A DNA stretch of 64,000 bases, from the NCBI GenBank assembly GCA_963739455.1, contig CAVUAK010000003.1:288001-352000 (forward strand), written 5' to 3'. Origin of the DNA: an uncultured Gemmatimonadales bacterium (GTDB lineage Bacteria; Gemmatimonadota; Gemmatimonadetes; Gemmatimonadales; GWC2-71-9). Every line of letters begins with the position of its first letter. Positions within the stretch are counted from its first letter, which is position 1. Below the pieces are notes generated by a model, which saw only the letters and a program-made list of their open reading frames with translations, was not told where the DNA came from and made no database searches. Positions 42,950 through 52,741 of this stretch are shown here, one piece after another. A program made the position numbers and the translations under genes.

Positions 42950-43849
42950 GTGAAAGAAAAGCTGCCGCCAAAGAAGAAGCGTAGGGCCGTTCGTCCGGCG
43001 CAGATCGCGCGCGCGGTCGATGAGGGTCGTGAGAGTCTCGATCTCTATCTCGACGAGATCAGTCGCGTCCCCCTGCTGAATCGCGAGGAGGAAATGGAAC
43101 TCGCGCGCAAGGCGTTCAAGGGGAGCATTGTGGCGCAGGAGCGCCTGGCCCGCCACAACGTCCGCTTCGTCGTGTCGGTTGCCAAGAAGTTCCAGAATCG
43201 TGGTGTTCCGCTGGTCGATCTCATCGGCGAGGGCAATCTCGGTCTCATGACCGCAGCCCGGAAGTTCGATCCCGATCGCGGCGTGAAGTTTATTTCGTAC
43301 GCGGTGTGGTGGATTCGCCAGGCAGTGCAGGCGGCCATCGCGCGTCACGGCCGGCCGGTCCGGGTGCCACTGAACCGCACCGCCGACCTGAGCCGTCTTG
43401 GTCGTACCACCACGCTCCTCAAGGATCGCCTTGGTCGCATGCCGACCACCGAGGAGCTGGCGCGTGCAACGGGCCTCACCGTGGAAGCGGTTCGCAGCCT
43501 CTCCGCCCTCAACACCGAGGCGGTCCGGCTGGACCACCCCACCCGCGATGGTGACGGGAACGAGCGCATGGAGCGGTTTGCCTCGGCGGATGCCGAGGGC
43601 ACTGATACCGCGGCCATGCAGAACAGCCAGACGCACGATATCGAGCTGGCGCTTGCGACCCTGCCTCCGCGCGATGCGAAGGTGCTGCGGCTCTACTTCG
43701 GTCTCGATGACGGCAACAGCCGTACGCTGGAAGAGATCGGCCGCATGATGGGCGTTACCCGCGAGCGGATCCGCCAGCTGCGCGATCGGGCGCTGCTCCG
43801 GCTGCGCGAGGGTGAAACCGGTGACCGCCTGAAGGACCTGGTCGCCTAG
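42950..43849 (+). CDS. RpoD/SigA-family alternative sigma factor lacking region 1.1
   Basis: GGGAGG RBS; YLDEI...PLL..EEE, NVRFVVSVAK, DLIGEGNLGL, KFISYAVWWIRQ, TLEEIG...GVTRERIRQ. Confidence 0.93.
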   Translation: MKEKLPPKKKRRAVRPAQIARAVDEGRESLDLYLDEISRVPLLNREEEMELARKAFKGSIVAQERLARHNVRFVVSVAKKFQNRGVPLVDLIGEGNLGLMTAARKFDPDRGVKFISYAVWWIRQAVQAAIARHGRPVRVPLNRTADLSRLGRTTTLLKDRLGRMPTTEELARATGLTVEAVRSLSALNTEAVRLDHPTRDGDGNERMERFASADAEGTDTAAMQNSQTHDIELALATLPPRDAKVLRLYFGLDDGNSRTLEEIGRMMGVTRERIRQLRDRALLRLREGETGDRLKDLVA

Positions 43850-43867
43850 TTCAAGGTCACGAATGAC

Positions 43868-43903
43868 AAGCGGGGGCATCCACTGGATGCCCCCGCTTTT
43901 TCT
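43868..43903 (+). terminator. Rho-independent terminator
   Basis: AAGCGGGGGCATCCA-C-TGGATGCCCCCGCTT then TTTCT. Confidence 0.85.
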
Positions 43904-43907
43904 TGCT

Positions 43908-45005
43908 TCACACCGGCTCGTCAGGCCCGAGGGCCAGTGGTCTCGGCGGCCGCACCAGCAGTTTCCCGATTACTGCCCCGAACTTCCGGGCCGTCGTGCG
44001 CCTCGGCCATGCGTTCCAGCGATACCGGCGCAGCATGCGCCGCGCCGATGGAAGCACGCGCTGCAGGTCTTCCTCAGTGAGCGGCTGGAACGGCTTGAAG
44101 TCGAAGGGGTGCGACGCCACCGCGTCCCTGAAGGCCGTGATCGCTGCCCATTCCGCCGACAGGTCGGGCACCAGCTCGAGCGTGGCCCGCAGCAGCTCCT
44201 GGTGCGACAGCTCGTCGCCGAAGCTGTACGCCAGGTAGCGATCCTGCACCAGTCGCCAGAACGTCTCGGTGGCCTGGCTCATGTCGACCGCGTCGTACTC
44301 CAGTGCAGTGCAGATCAGTCCCCAGAGCACATGCCTCGCCCGGCCGTCCATGTTGCGTGTGGGCGAATCGGGCGCCTTCTCCCAGTGCCGCAGGTAGCCA
44401 CCAGTCATGACATGCCCTGTGGGGAACCCTGACCGCCACATCCGCAGGTTGAGTTCAGTCCACTCGCCCCAGAAGCGGCGCCGCGGGTTGAATCCGCCCA
44501 CATCGCGCAGGAGGTTTGTGTAGCTCGCCACCAGCATTCCCTGCACCGGCTGGTAGCGGAACTCCGGCGTGATGACGTGCGGCGTGCTGTCGCGGGGCTT
44601 GAACTGCTCATCGGTATCCTCGCGGTATGAACGCAGGCCGAACAGCCCCGCCGGCACCCGCTGCATCGCCTCCTCGATGGTCAGGAAGGCATCACCGTGT
44701 ACCGTGATGTCGTCGTCCACGAAGCAGACCAGCGGGCTCTTCACCAGGTTCAACTGGTAGTTGCGCCCCCCGCTGATGGTGGGATCGCCATTGTTGAAGT
44801 GAACCTCGACTTCGAGGTTCGATGCCCAGGAGCGGATGGTGCGCTCGACATCGACCAGTTCATCGCGGATGGCGCGGTTGTACACGATGACGAGTCGCGC
44901 ACCACCGGGGATCACCGTGGCCTCGAGCGACTGGATCAGTCGTTGCAGGTAGTTCTCGCGGCCTGGGATGGTGAGGGCCGTAATGGTCCATCGTGGTGCG
45001 GACAT
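43908..45005 (-). CDS. GT-A fold (family 2-like) glycosyltransferase
   Basis: GGRN, VCFVDDD, VGGF.....WGE.TEL..R. Confidence 0.8.
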   Translation of the reverse strand: MSAPRWTITALTIPGRENYLQRLIQSLEATVIPGGARLVIVYNRAIRDELVDVERTIRSWASNLEVEVHFNNGDPTISGGRNYQLNLVKSPLVCFVDDDITVHGDAFLTIEEAMQRVPAGLFGLRSYREDTDEQFKPRDSTPHVITPEFRYQPVQGMLVASYTNLLRDVGGFNPRRRFWGEWTELNLRMWRSGFPTGHVMTGGYLRHWEKAPDSPTRNMDGRARHVLWGLICTALEYDAVDMSQATETFWRLVQDRYLAYSFGDELSHQELLRATLELVPDLSAEWAAITAFRDAVASHPFDFKPFQPLTEEDLQRVLPSARRMLRRYRWNAWPRRTTARKFGAVIGKLLVRPPRPLALGPDEPV

Positions 45006-45022
45006 CGAGCCTCCATGGAAAA

Positions 45023-45715
45023 TCAGCGTCGGTGCAGCGCGCCAATCATCTCCTTCCAGCCCAGTGGGCCGGGTGACTGCAACAAGGTCGCGCCTGGAAC
45101 TGCGGCGAGACGCGGATGGTGCCCATCATGGTTCCGGATGACGTACGGGTGCGATACGCTGCGGAACAGCGACTCGTCGTTCGCGTCGTTTCCCACCGCG
45201 ATCGCAGCACTGGCGCCGAGCCGTGCCATGAGCGCACCGGCCGCCCGGCCCTTGCTCGAGCCGCCCGTGAGTGTAGCCCACCGCCCGCCGGCCGAACACC
45301 GAAGATCGGCCGACATGATCCGCTCCCGGAATCCAGCGAATTCGTCATCCTCGGCCACCAGTCGGGGCAGCAGGACACTCGCCACCCGGAGCCCAGTGGT
45401 GACTGGAAGGAGCTCGGCGATCTGTGCCCAGGCGCCCACGTGACGCGCACGCGCCTCGATCTCGTCGCGCCCGATGCCCAGCACCTCCTCCTCGCCCGAG
45501 GGCGTCACGAGGACGCTGCCATCCTCCGCGATGGCCCAGTCCCGCCAGCCGACGCGTTCCTGCAGCGCCATGAGGTCGGCCGCCGTTCGACTGGATGCGA
45601 AGATCACGCGCCAGCGTGCGGCGATGTCTGCGAGCCACTGGGCCTCAAACGGTACGGCACCTGCCTCGTCGAGGAAGGTGCCGTCCACATCCGAGAAGAT
45701 GAGCCCCCGGATCAT
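45023..45715 (-). CDS. HAD-IIB phosphatase, mannosyl-/glucosyl-3-phosphoglycerate phosphatase-like
   Basis: IFSDVDGTFLD, ASSRT, IAEDG, GGRW, SKGRA, VGNDANDESL, GP.GW. Confidence 0.75.
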   Translation of the reverse strand: MIRGLIFSDVDGTFLDEAGAVPFEAQWLADIAARWRVIFASSRTAADLMALQERVGWRDWAIAEDGSVLVTPSGEEEVLGIGRDEIEARARHVGAWAQIAELLPVTTGLRVASVLLPRLVAEDDEFAGFRERIMSADLRCSAGGRWATLTGGSSKGRAAGALMARLGASAAIAVGNDANDESLFRSVSHPYVIRNHDGHHPRLAAVPGATLLQSPGPLGWKEMIGALHRR

Positions 45716-45719
45716 GACG

Positions 45720-48519
45720 TCATGTGGCTTCCCCGGCGAACTGTCGCAGCACACGTTGGAGGATCCCGCCGTGACGCAGATAATCGACCTCCACCGGCGA
45801 GTTGAGTCGCACCACCGCCTGGAACCTGGTTTCCTTGCCCGAGTCGTCGCGCGCCGTGACCGACACCCTGCCGCCGGCGCTCAGCCCGACGGCGATGCCG
45901 CTGATGCTGAACGTCTCCTGGCCGGTGAGGCCCAGTGACTGCCGCGTCACGCCCGGCTCGTATCCAAGCGGGAGCACACCCATGCCTACCAGGTTGCCGC
46001 GATGAATGCGTTCGTAACTCTCTGCAATCACCGCCTTCACTCCCAGCAGCGCCGTGCCCTTCGCAGCCCAGTCGCGACTCGAGCCGGTGCCGTATTCCTT
46101 GCCCACGAGCAGCACAAGCGGCGTGTTGCCAGCGATGTATTTCATGGCAGCATCGTAGATGGACATCACTTCGCCACTGCCGAAGTGGACGGTCCAGTTG
46201 CCTTCGCGATCGGGTACCAGGGCATTCTTGATGCGCACGTTCCCGAACGTGCCCCGCATCATGACTTCGTGATTACCCCGCCGCGACCCGAAAGTGTTCC
46301 AGTCGTCCTGTGCCACGCCGTGCTCCAGCAGGTATCGCGCGGCGGGCCCGTTCTTCGGGATCGACCCTGCCGGCGAGATGTGATCGGTGGTCACCGAATC
46401 GCCCAGCACCGCCAGCACCCGCGCTCCGCTGATGTCTACCAGCGGCTTCGGCTCCGGGCTCAGGTTCTGGAAGAACGGCGGCTCCTGCACGTACGTGGAG
46501 TCCACGTCCCACGCGTAGCGGCTGCCGGTCGGCACCGGCAGCGCCTGCCACGCCTCGTCGCCGTCGAACACCTTGCCATACCGGCTGGTGAACAGCTCCG
46601 GCTTGAGTGCCGCCGCCATGGTGTCCTTGATCTCCTGTCGCACTCGGCCAGATGTCGCGCAGGAACACCGGCGAGCCATCCGTGCCGGTGCCGAGCGGCT
46701 CCGTCTCCACGTCGAGATCGATGCGACCCGCGAGCGCGAACGCCACCACGAGCAGCGGTGACGCGAGGTAGTTGGCCCGCACCGACGGATGCACCCGTGC
46801 CTCGAAGTTCCGGTTGCCGCTCAGCACTGCGGCCGCCACCAGGCCGTGATCCTCGATCGCCTTGCCAATGGCCTCGGGGAGCGGGCCGCTGTTCCCGATG
46901 CACGTCGTGCAGCCGTAGCCCACGGTCTGGAATCCGAGCGTGTCGAGGTGCGGCTGCAGGCCTGACCCCTCGAGGTATCCCGTCACCACGCGCGATCCCG
47001 GGGCGAGGCTCGTCTTCACCCACGGCTTCGTGCGGAGTCCCTTCGCGATCGCTTTCTTCGCCAGGAGGCCCGCGCCGATCATCACCGAGGGATTGGACGT
47101 ATTGGTGCAGCTGGTGATCGCCGCGATCACCACCGACCCGTCGCGGAGATGAAACCGCTCGCCATCCTGTTCGCACTCGACCTGGGGCGGCAGGTCCTCC
47201 ACCACCGTCTCCGGATGACCCAGCATCACGTTGCCGCCGCCCTCGCCGATCCACCGCGAGTACGCCGCTTCTGCCACCTCGCGCCGCGCTGCCGGCGTCT
47301 TCGGGCTCATGAGCGACGGGAGGTTGACGTAGAAATTGCGCTTGAGCGTGTCGAGCGGCACGAGATCCTGCGGACGCTTGGGGCCTGCCATGCTCGACTT
47401 CACCGTGGACAGGTCGAGCTCGAGCGTCGCCGTGAACTCGGGGTCGGGCGTTGCATCGGTGCGGAAAAGTCCCTGCGCCTTGTAGTACGCCTCGGCCATC
47501 TTCACTGTGTGCGCGTCGCGGCCGGTGCGCTCGAGGTAGCGGATCGTCTCGGCGTCCACCGGAAAGAAGCCCATCGTGGCGCCGTACTCCGGGGCCATGT
47601 TCGCGATCGTGGCGCGGTCGGCGAGGCCAAGGCTCGAGAGGCCCGGGCCATAGAACTCGACGAACTTGTCCACCACGCCCTTCTTCCGCAGCATCTGCGT
47701 GGCGGTGAGCACCAGGTCGGTCGCGGTCGTGCCGAGGGGTAGTTCGCCGGTCAGCTTCATGCCGATGACGTCGGGAATGAGCATGAAGTACGGCTGGCCC
47801 AGCATCACCGCTTCCGCTTCGATCCCGCCCACGCCCCAGCCCAGGACGCCCAGGCCGTTGATCATCGTGGTGTGCGAGTCGGTGCCGACGCAGCTGTCCG
47901 GGTAGGCCGTGAGCGCGCCGTGCTGGTCGCGCACCTGCACCAGCGGCGCCAGGTACTCGAGGTTTACCTGGTGCACGATGCCTGTGCCCGGCGGGACGGC
48001 GCGGAAGTTCTCGAACGCGCGTTGCGCAAACTTGAGCAGCTGGTAACGCTCACGGTTCCGGTCGTACTCCAGTGCCACGTTCAGGGCCAGCGCGCGATCG
48101 CTGCCGAAGTGGTCCACCTGCACCGAGTGGTCGATCACCAGGTCGCAGGGCACGAGCGGGTTGATCCGGTTCGGGTCCCCCTTCATGCGGACGACGGCAT
48201 CGCGCATCGCCGCGAGGTCCACCACGCACGGTACGCCGGTGAAGTCCTGCAGCACCACCCGCGCCGGCATGAGCGGGATCTCACCCCGGGACGCGTCCAC
48301 CGCCTTCCAGGCCATGATGTCCCTGACATGCTGCTCCGTTACGATTCCATGTCCGGCAAAGCGCAACGCGTTCTCGAGCAGGATGCGGATCGAGAAGGGC
48401 AGCCGGTCGAGCCGGCCGAGCCCCTGCTTCTCGAGCTCCGGCAGCCGGTAGATGGCGGCGTCCCGGCCGTCCACCGTGAGGGTGCCACGAGATCCGAACG
48501 GATTTGGAATGGGGCTCAT
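45720..48519 (-). CDS. acnA: Aconitate hydratase A; frameshift ~46640
   Basis: [65 protein letters not shown]. Confidence 0.97.
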
Positions 48520-48617
48520 CGGGAAGCCTGCGCCAAGCGTGGGAAGTAGTACTACGTACCGAGTCTCCGAAGATAACACCCGCAAAGCGATGCCCTTCGC
48601 GTACTGGAGAATGGCCC

Positions 48618-48951
48618 GTGAAGCAGCCCGTCATGCCGTATCGCATCACCCGCAGGGACGACGGCCTCCTGCTGGAGTGGGATCAGGCGGGGCACGCCGC
48701 GCTGTATGAGGCGAGGCGCCTGCGCCTCTCCTGTCCCTGCGCCGAGTGCGTGGAGGAGATGAGCGGCCGGCCGCTCCTGCAGCCCGAGTCGGTGCCGGCA
48801 GATATCCGGCCGTTATCTGTTGGCCTGGTAGGGACTTACGGGCTCAAGGTCAACTGGAGTGACGGTCACTGCAACCGGCATTTATACCTTCGAGAAGCTG
48901 CTTTCCTGGTGCCCCTGCGACCGCTGTCGGAACGCCCGAGGGGAAGGGTAG
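48618..48951 (+). CDS. DUF971 / GBBH-N-like zinc-binding protein; frameshift ~48870
   Basis: [16 protein letters not shown]...WSDGH.TGIYTF, CPCDRC. Confidence 0.85.
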
Positions 48952-49033
48952 GTCTGGTGCAATTTCCTGCACTCTTATAGAATGCGTTGTCCCATCCCCG
49001 TCACAGTCCCATATCAATTTCAGGAGCAGGCCC

Positions 49034-49387
49034 ATGGACGCCTCCGTGGCCGCTGTTGGACAGACCGAGATCCTGGGTCTGCGCTTCTGGATCTTTGCCT
49101 GGTATGTCATCCTGCTCGTAGGCGCCATGGGACTGCTCGGCGCCTGGGCCTGGGGTCGACGGACCGGGTGGCGAAATCGCGATGAAATCGTCCGTGGGTT
49201 CGGCACGATCTTCCTGTCCCTCGGCATGCTCCTGCTATTGAACGGCATCGCACTACGCCTGGGAGCGGGGCTGGTGGGCCTCGCAACCGGAACCTTCATC
49301 GTCGCCTTCCTGCAGGGAAGCAAGCTCAAGCGGCCATCACTTCGCCTGGTGCGCGGAAAGGGAGTAGCCCGGCCGCGCTTCTCTTGA
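49034..49387 (+). CDS. Hypothetical membrane protein (about 3 TM)
   Basis: AGGAG RBS; hydrophobic segments. Confidence 0.6.
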   Translation: MDASVAAVGQTEILGLRFWIFAWYVILLVGAMGLLGAWAWGRRTGWRNRDEIVRGFGTIFLSLGMLLLLNGIALRLGAGLVGLATGTFIVAFLQGSKLKRPSLRLVRGKGVARPRFS

Positions 49388-49438
49388 CTCGTCTAATGGG
49401 AGCGGTATTGTAGGAGAAGCTCCGACGAGGAGGGCTGT

Positions 49439-49957
49439 GTGGTTGCACCGATTGTCGAGCAGCAGGAACCGGTGGGTGAGGAAGGGACTTGGGTAGGCCT
49501 CATTGGAGCCGGTGTTGTTGCAGTCTGGTTCCTGATACGGGACGTCATCGCTGGACATCCCCTCCGTACGCCGAGCATCCTCGGTCAGGTGCTTCTCATG
49601 GGCAAGTCATCGCCCGACGTGGATCAGCTCGATTTCGCCGGAATCATCCTCTACACCGCTGCGCACGTCTTCGTCTTCCTGCTGCTGGGCATGGCACTCG
49701 CACATCTCATCCGGTGGTCGGTGAAGAACCACTTCGTGCGTTACGCGCTGCTGCAGGTGTTCCTCGCATTTGAGCTCTTTTTCTGTGTGGTCCTGCTCGT
49801 CTTCCGGGAGGAGACGCGGTCACTGTTCCCCCTCTCGAGTGTGCTGGTTGCCAACACACTCGCCGCGATCGCCATCGGCTACTATCTCTGGCGCCATCAC
49901 CCCGACCTGCGCGAATCCATCCGGCAGACACCGCTCGGCGCAGCACCGGTGCGCTGA
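49439..49957 (+). CDS. Hypothetical membrane protein (about 4 TM)
   Basis: GAGGAGG RBS; hydrophobic segments. Confidence 0.65.
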   Translation: MVAPIVEQQEPVGEEGTWVGLIGAGVVAVWFLIRDVIAGHPLRTPSILGQVLLMGKSSPDVDQLDFAGIILYTAAHVFVFLLLGMALAHLIRWSVKNHFVRYALLQVFLAFELFFCVVLLVFREETRSLFPLSSVLVANTLAAIAIGYYLWRHHPDLRESIRQTPLGAAPVR

Positions 49958-50019
49958 GGGCTCCGCGCCTTTCGCTCGCCCCCGTTAGCTTCCCGGCGCT
50001 CCGACCCCAGCGAGGACGT

Positions 50020-52698
50020 CTGCGCCACCTGGTCCGTTGCTTCATCTGCCTGATCCTGATCGCCACGCCTGCTGCGCTCGGGGCCCAGCTCGGGCCCCCG
50101 ACCACCGGCGGGGCGGTGGGTCTTGCCCAGGCGCTGCGGTTCCTCGGGCAGTACAAGCGGGTCCTGGTCATCGGTGCACATCCCGACGACGAGAACACCG
50201 AATTGCTCACCATCCTGGTCCGTGGCCAGGGCGCCGAGGCAGCGTACCTCTCGCTCAACCGGGGCGAGGGTGGGCAGAATCTCGTCGGCTCCGAGCTGGG
50301 GCTGGCGCTCGGCATGCTGCGCACGCAGGAATTGCTTGCTGCCCGTCGGCTCGACGGCGCGGGCCAGTATTTCACGCGCGCCTATGACTTCGGGTTCTCC
50401 AAGAACCTCGAGGACACGTGGGCCCACTGGCCGCGCGATACCGTACTGAAGGACGTTGTGCGCATCGTCCGGCGATTCCGCCCGCAGATCATCGTGTCGA
50501 TCTTCAGCGGCACGCCGCGCGATGGCCACGGCCAGCACCAGGCTGCAGGCTGGGCGGCGGCCGAGGCCTTCCGCGTGGCCGGGGACGCGAGCGTGTTCCC
50601 CGAACTCAAGTCCGTCGAGGGGCTCGATCCCTGGATGCCCCTCAAGTTCTATCGAAGCACGCAATTCGATACGGCTGGGACTACGCTGACGATAGACGGT
50701 GCCGAAGTCGATGACGCGGTGGGGAAGACGTATCATCAGGTCGCGATGGCGAGCCGCAGCCTGCACCGTTCGCAGGACATGGGACAACTCCAGACCATCG
50801 GCCCAAGCGTGGTACGCCTCGCGTTGGTGAGTGACCGCACGCGGAAGGGTGCATTCGGACTCTGGTCGGGAATCGATACCACCATTTCGGGTATCCCGGT
50901 TTCTGCTGGCCTCCAGTTGCAGTTCTATGCCGCACTCATCGACACCATCCGCGCGGGACAGGTGGACTCACCAGGCACCGCTCGGGGTGCCGATACGCTG
51001 ACTCAGGCCCGCCTGCTCCGGGCCGCCGCCCTCCTGGCACCGCATGCTGGCGCGCCCTGGGGCTCCGGCCGCAGCGTCATCGAGCTCAGCGACCAGTTGA
51101 ACCACATCGCCGACGCGTGGCAGGCGGCGTCGGGCACGCTACTCGATGTCCGCGCCAGCAATTCACGCGTGACGCCTGGAGACTCGATGGAGTTGGTGGT
51201 CGAGGCGGTCGGCGTCACCTTCGACCGCTTCCGCTCCGTGTTCTCCTCCGCGCCGCTCCCCGTGAGCCGGATCCAGCCACAGGTGCGCCGTTTCAGTTCC
51301 GGTGGCCGGCCCGGCCTCGAATGGCGATACGCCGGACGCGTCCCGGCCGACCGGCCGCTCACGCAGCCCTACTTCCTGCGCCGCGCCTTGCCGGGGGACA
51401 TGTACGACTGGTCAGGCGCGACGCCCGCGGAGTATGGGCTGCCGTTCGAGGCGCCCGAGGTGAGCGCCGGCCTGGTGACGGCCCCGCTCACCGCTGCGTG
51501 GATGTGGCGCGAGGGAACCTGGCGCTGGAATGACCAGGCGCGCGGCGAGGTGCGTGAGCCCGTGGACGTGGCACCACGGATCGACGTGAGGTTGTCGCCA
51601 GCAGAACTACCATGGCGGCTGACCGGCGGTGCGACGCATGTCCTCACCGTAACGCTGATTCATGGCGCGGGGGACAGCACCTCCGGTCGCGTGAGCCTGG
51701 AACTGCCCAGCGGGTGGCCGGCAGTGCCGGCGCAGTCATTCACGCTGGCCCGCCGCGGTGAACGACGTGAGCTCCTGTTCACGGTGCGGGCACCCGCCAA
51801 GCTCGCGCCCGGACTCTATGCCGTGAGTGCCCTGGCCGTGGATGCGCGGGGAGAGCAGTACCGACAGGGCCGCGTCACCATCAGCTATCCCTACATTCGG
51901 CCGAGGAGTTACCTCTCGCCGGCGACGGTGCGCGTGACGGCACTCGACCTGGTGCTGCCGCCGGCGAAACGCATCGGCTATATCCGCGGTGCCGCCGATC
52001 GCGTGCCGGAGGCGCTCGCACTCGCCGGCATGCCCATCGAGGTCATCGATGGCGCCGCGCTATCGCTCGGCGGCCTCGAACGGTTTGATGCGATCGTCGT
52101 GGGGCCGCGCGCCTTCGAGACCGATTCATCGCTGGTGAACGAGAACGAGGCGCTGCTCGACTATGCCCGGAAGGGCGGGCTCGTCATCGTCCAGTACCAG
52201 CAGTACGGCTTCTTCTTCGGCAACTTCGCGCCCTATCCGTTGTTCGTGGCGAGCCGGCCGCCGGGGTCGGCCGATCGCGCGGTGACGACGACGCAACCTG
52301 CGGCCGGGGCGCCGGTCCCCGCGCTGCTGGGCGGCCACGATCGAGTTACCGATGAAGGGGCCGCCGTTACGGTTGTCGATACCGGCGTGCGGGTGCTTCG
52401 CGTGCCCAACCGCATCGGGCCGTCCGACTGGGACGGGTGGGTGCAGGAGCGCGGCCTCTACTTCGCGCGGGCCTGGGCTCCCGAGTATCGCACGGTGCTC
52501 GAGATGCATGATCCCGGCGAGGCGAACCTCGAGGGCGGGCTGCTCATCGCCAGGGTAGGGAAGGGCACGTGGGTCTACACCGGGCTCAGCTTTTTCCGCC
52601 AGTTGCCGGCGGGGGTACCAGGAGCATATCGGCTCTTTGCAAACCTGCTCGCGTTGGGAACAACGGTGAACCGGGAACCGGGAACAGGGAGCAGGTGA
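50020..52698 (+). CDS. Secreted PIG-L/LmbE-family deacetylase with NEW3-like and C-terminal GATase-like domains (start uncertain)
   Basis: GAHPDDE, RGEGGQN, AYDFGFSK, HGQHQ, SLHRSQ, WVQERG.YF, FFRQLPAG; in-frame signal-like segment from CTG at 50020. Confidence 0.88.
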   Translation: MRHLVRCFICLILIATPAALGAQLGPPTTGGAVGLAQALRFLGQYKRVLVIGAHPDDENTELLTILVRGQGAEAAYLSLNRGEGGQNLVGSELGLALGMLRTQELLAARRLDGAGQYFTRAYDFGFSKNLEDTWAHWPRDTVLKDVVRIVRRFRPQIIVSIFSGTPRDGHGQHQAAGWAAAEAFRVAGDASVFPELKSVEGLDPWMPLKFYRSTQFDTAGTTLTIDGAEVDDAVGKTYHQVAMASRSLHRSQDMGQLQTIGPSVVRLALVSDRTRKGAFGLWSGIDTTISGIPVSAGLQLQFYAALIDTIRAGQVDSPGTARGADTLTQARLLRAAALLAPHAGAPWGSGRSVIELSDQLNHIADAWQAASGTLLDVRASNSRVTPGDSMELVVEAVGVTFDRFRSVFSSAPLPVSRIQPQVRRFSSGGRPGLEWRYAGRVPADRPLTQPYFLRRALPGDMYDWSGATPAEYGLPFEAPEVSAGLVTAPLTAAWMWREGTWRWNDQARGEVREPVDVAPRIDVRLSPAELPWRLTGGATHVLTVTLIHGAGDSTSGRVSLELPSGWPAVPAQSFTLARRGERRELLFTVRAPAKLAPGLYAVSALAVDARGEQYRQGRVTISYPYIRPRSYLSPATVRVTALDLVLPPAKRIGYIRGAADRVPEALALAGMPIEVIDGAALSLGGLERFDAIVVGPRAFETDSSLVNENEALLDYARKGGLVIVQYQQYGFFFGNFAPYPLFVASRPPGSADRAVTTTQPAAGAPVPALLGGHDRVTDEGAAVTVVDTGVRVLRVPNRIGPSDWDGWVQERGLYFARAWAPEYRTVLEMHDPGEANLEGGLLIARVGKGTWVYTGLSFFRQLPAGVPGAYRLFANLLALGTTVNREPGTGSR

Positions 52699-52741
52699 CC
52701 TTGATCGATTTCCCGTTCCCTGTTCCCCGTTCCCTGTTCCC
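52666..52741. repeat. Inverted heptamer arrays (GGGAACC/A versus TCCCTGT/TCCCCGT) around a gene junction
   Basis: gtgaacc-gggaacc-gggaaca-gggagca ... tcccgt-tccctgt-tccccgt-tccctgt-tccc. Confidence 0.85.

Noticed and set aside
48955..48971. sigma54-like TGGTGCAATTTCCTGCA
   Set aside because: GG-to-GC spacing is 11, not the required 10
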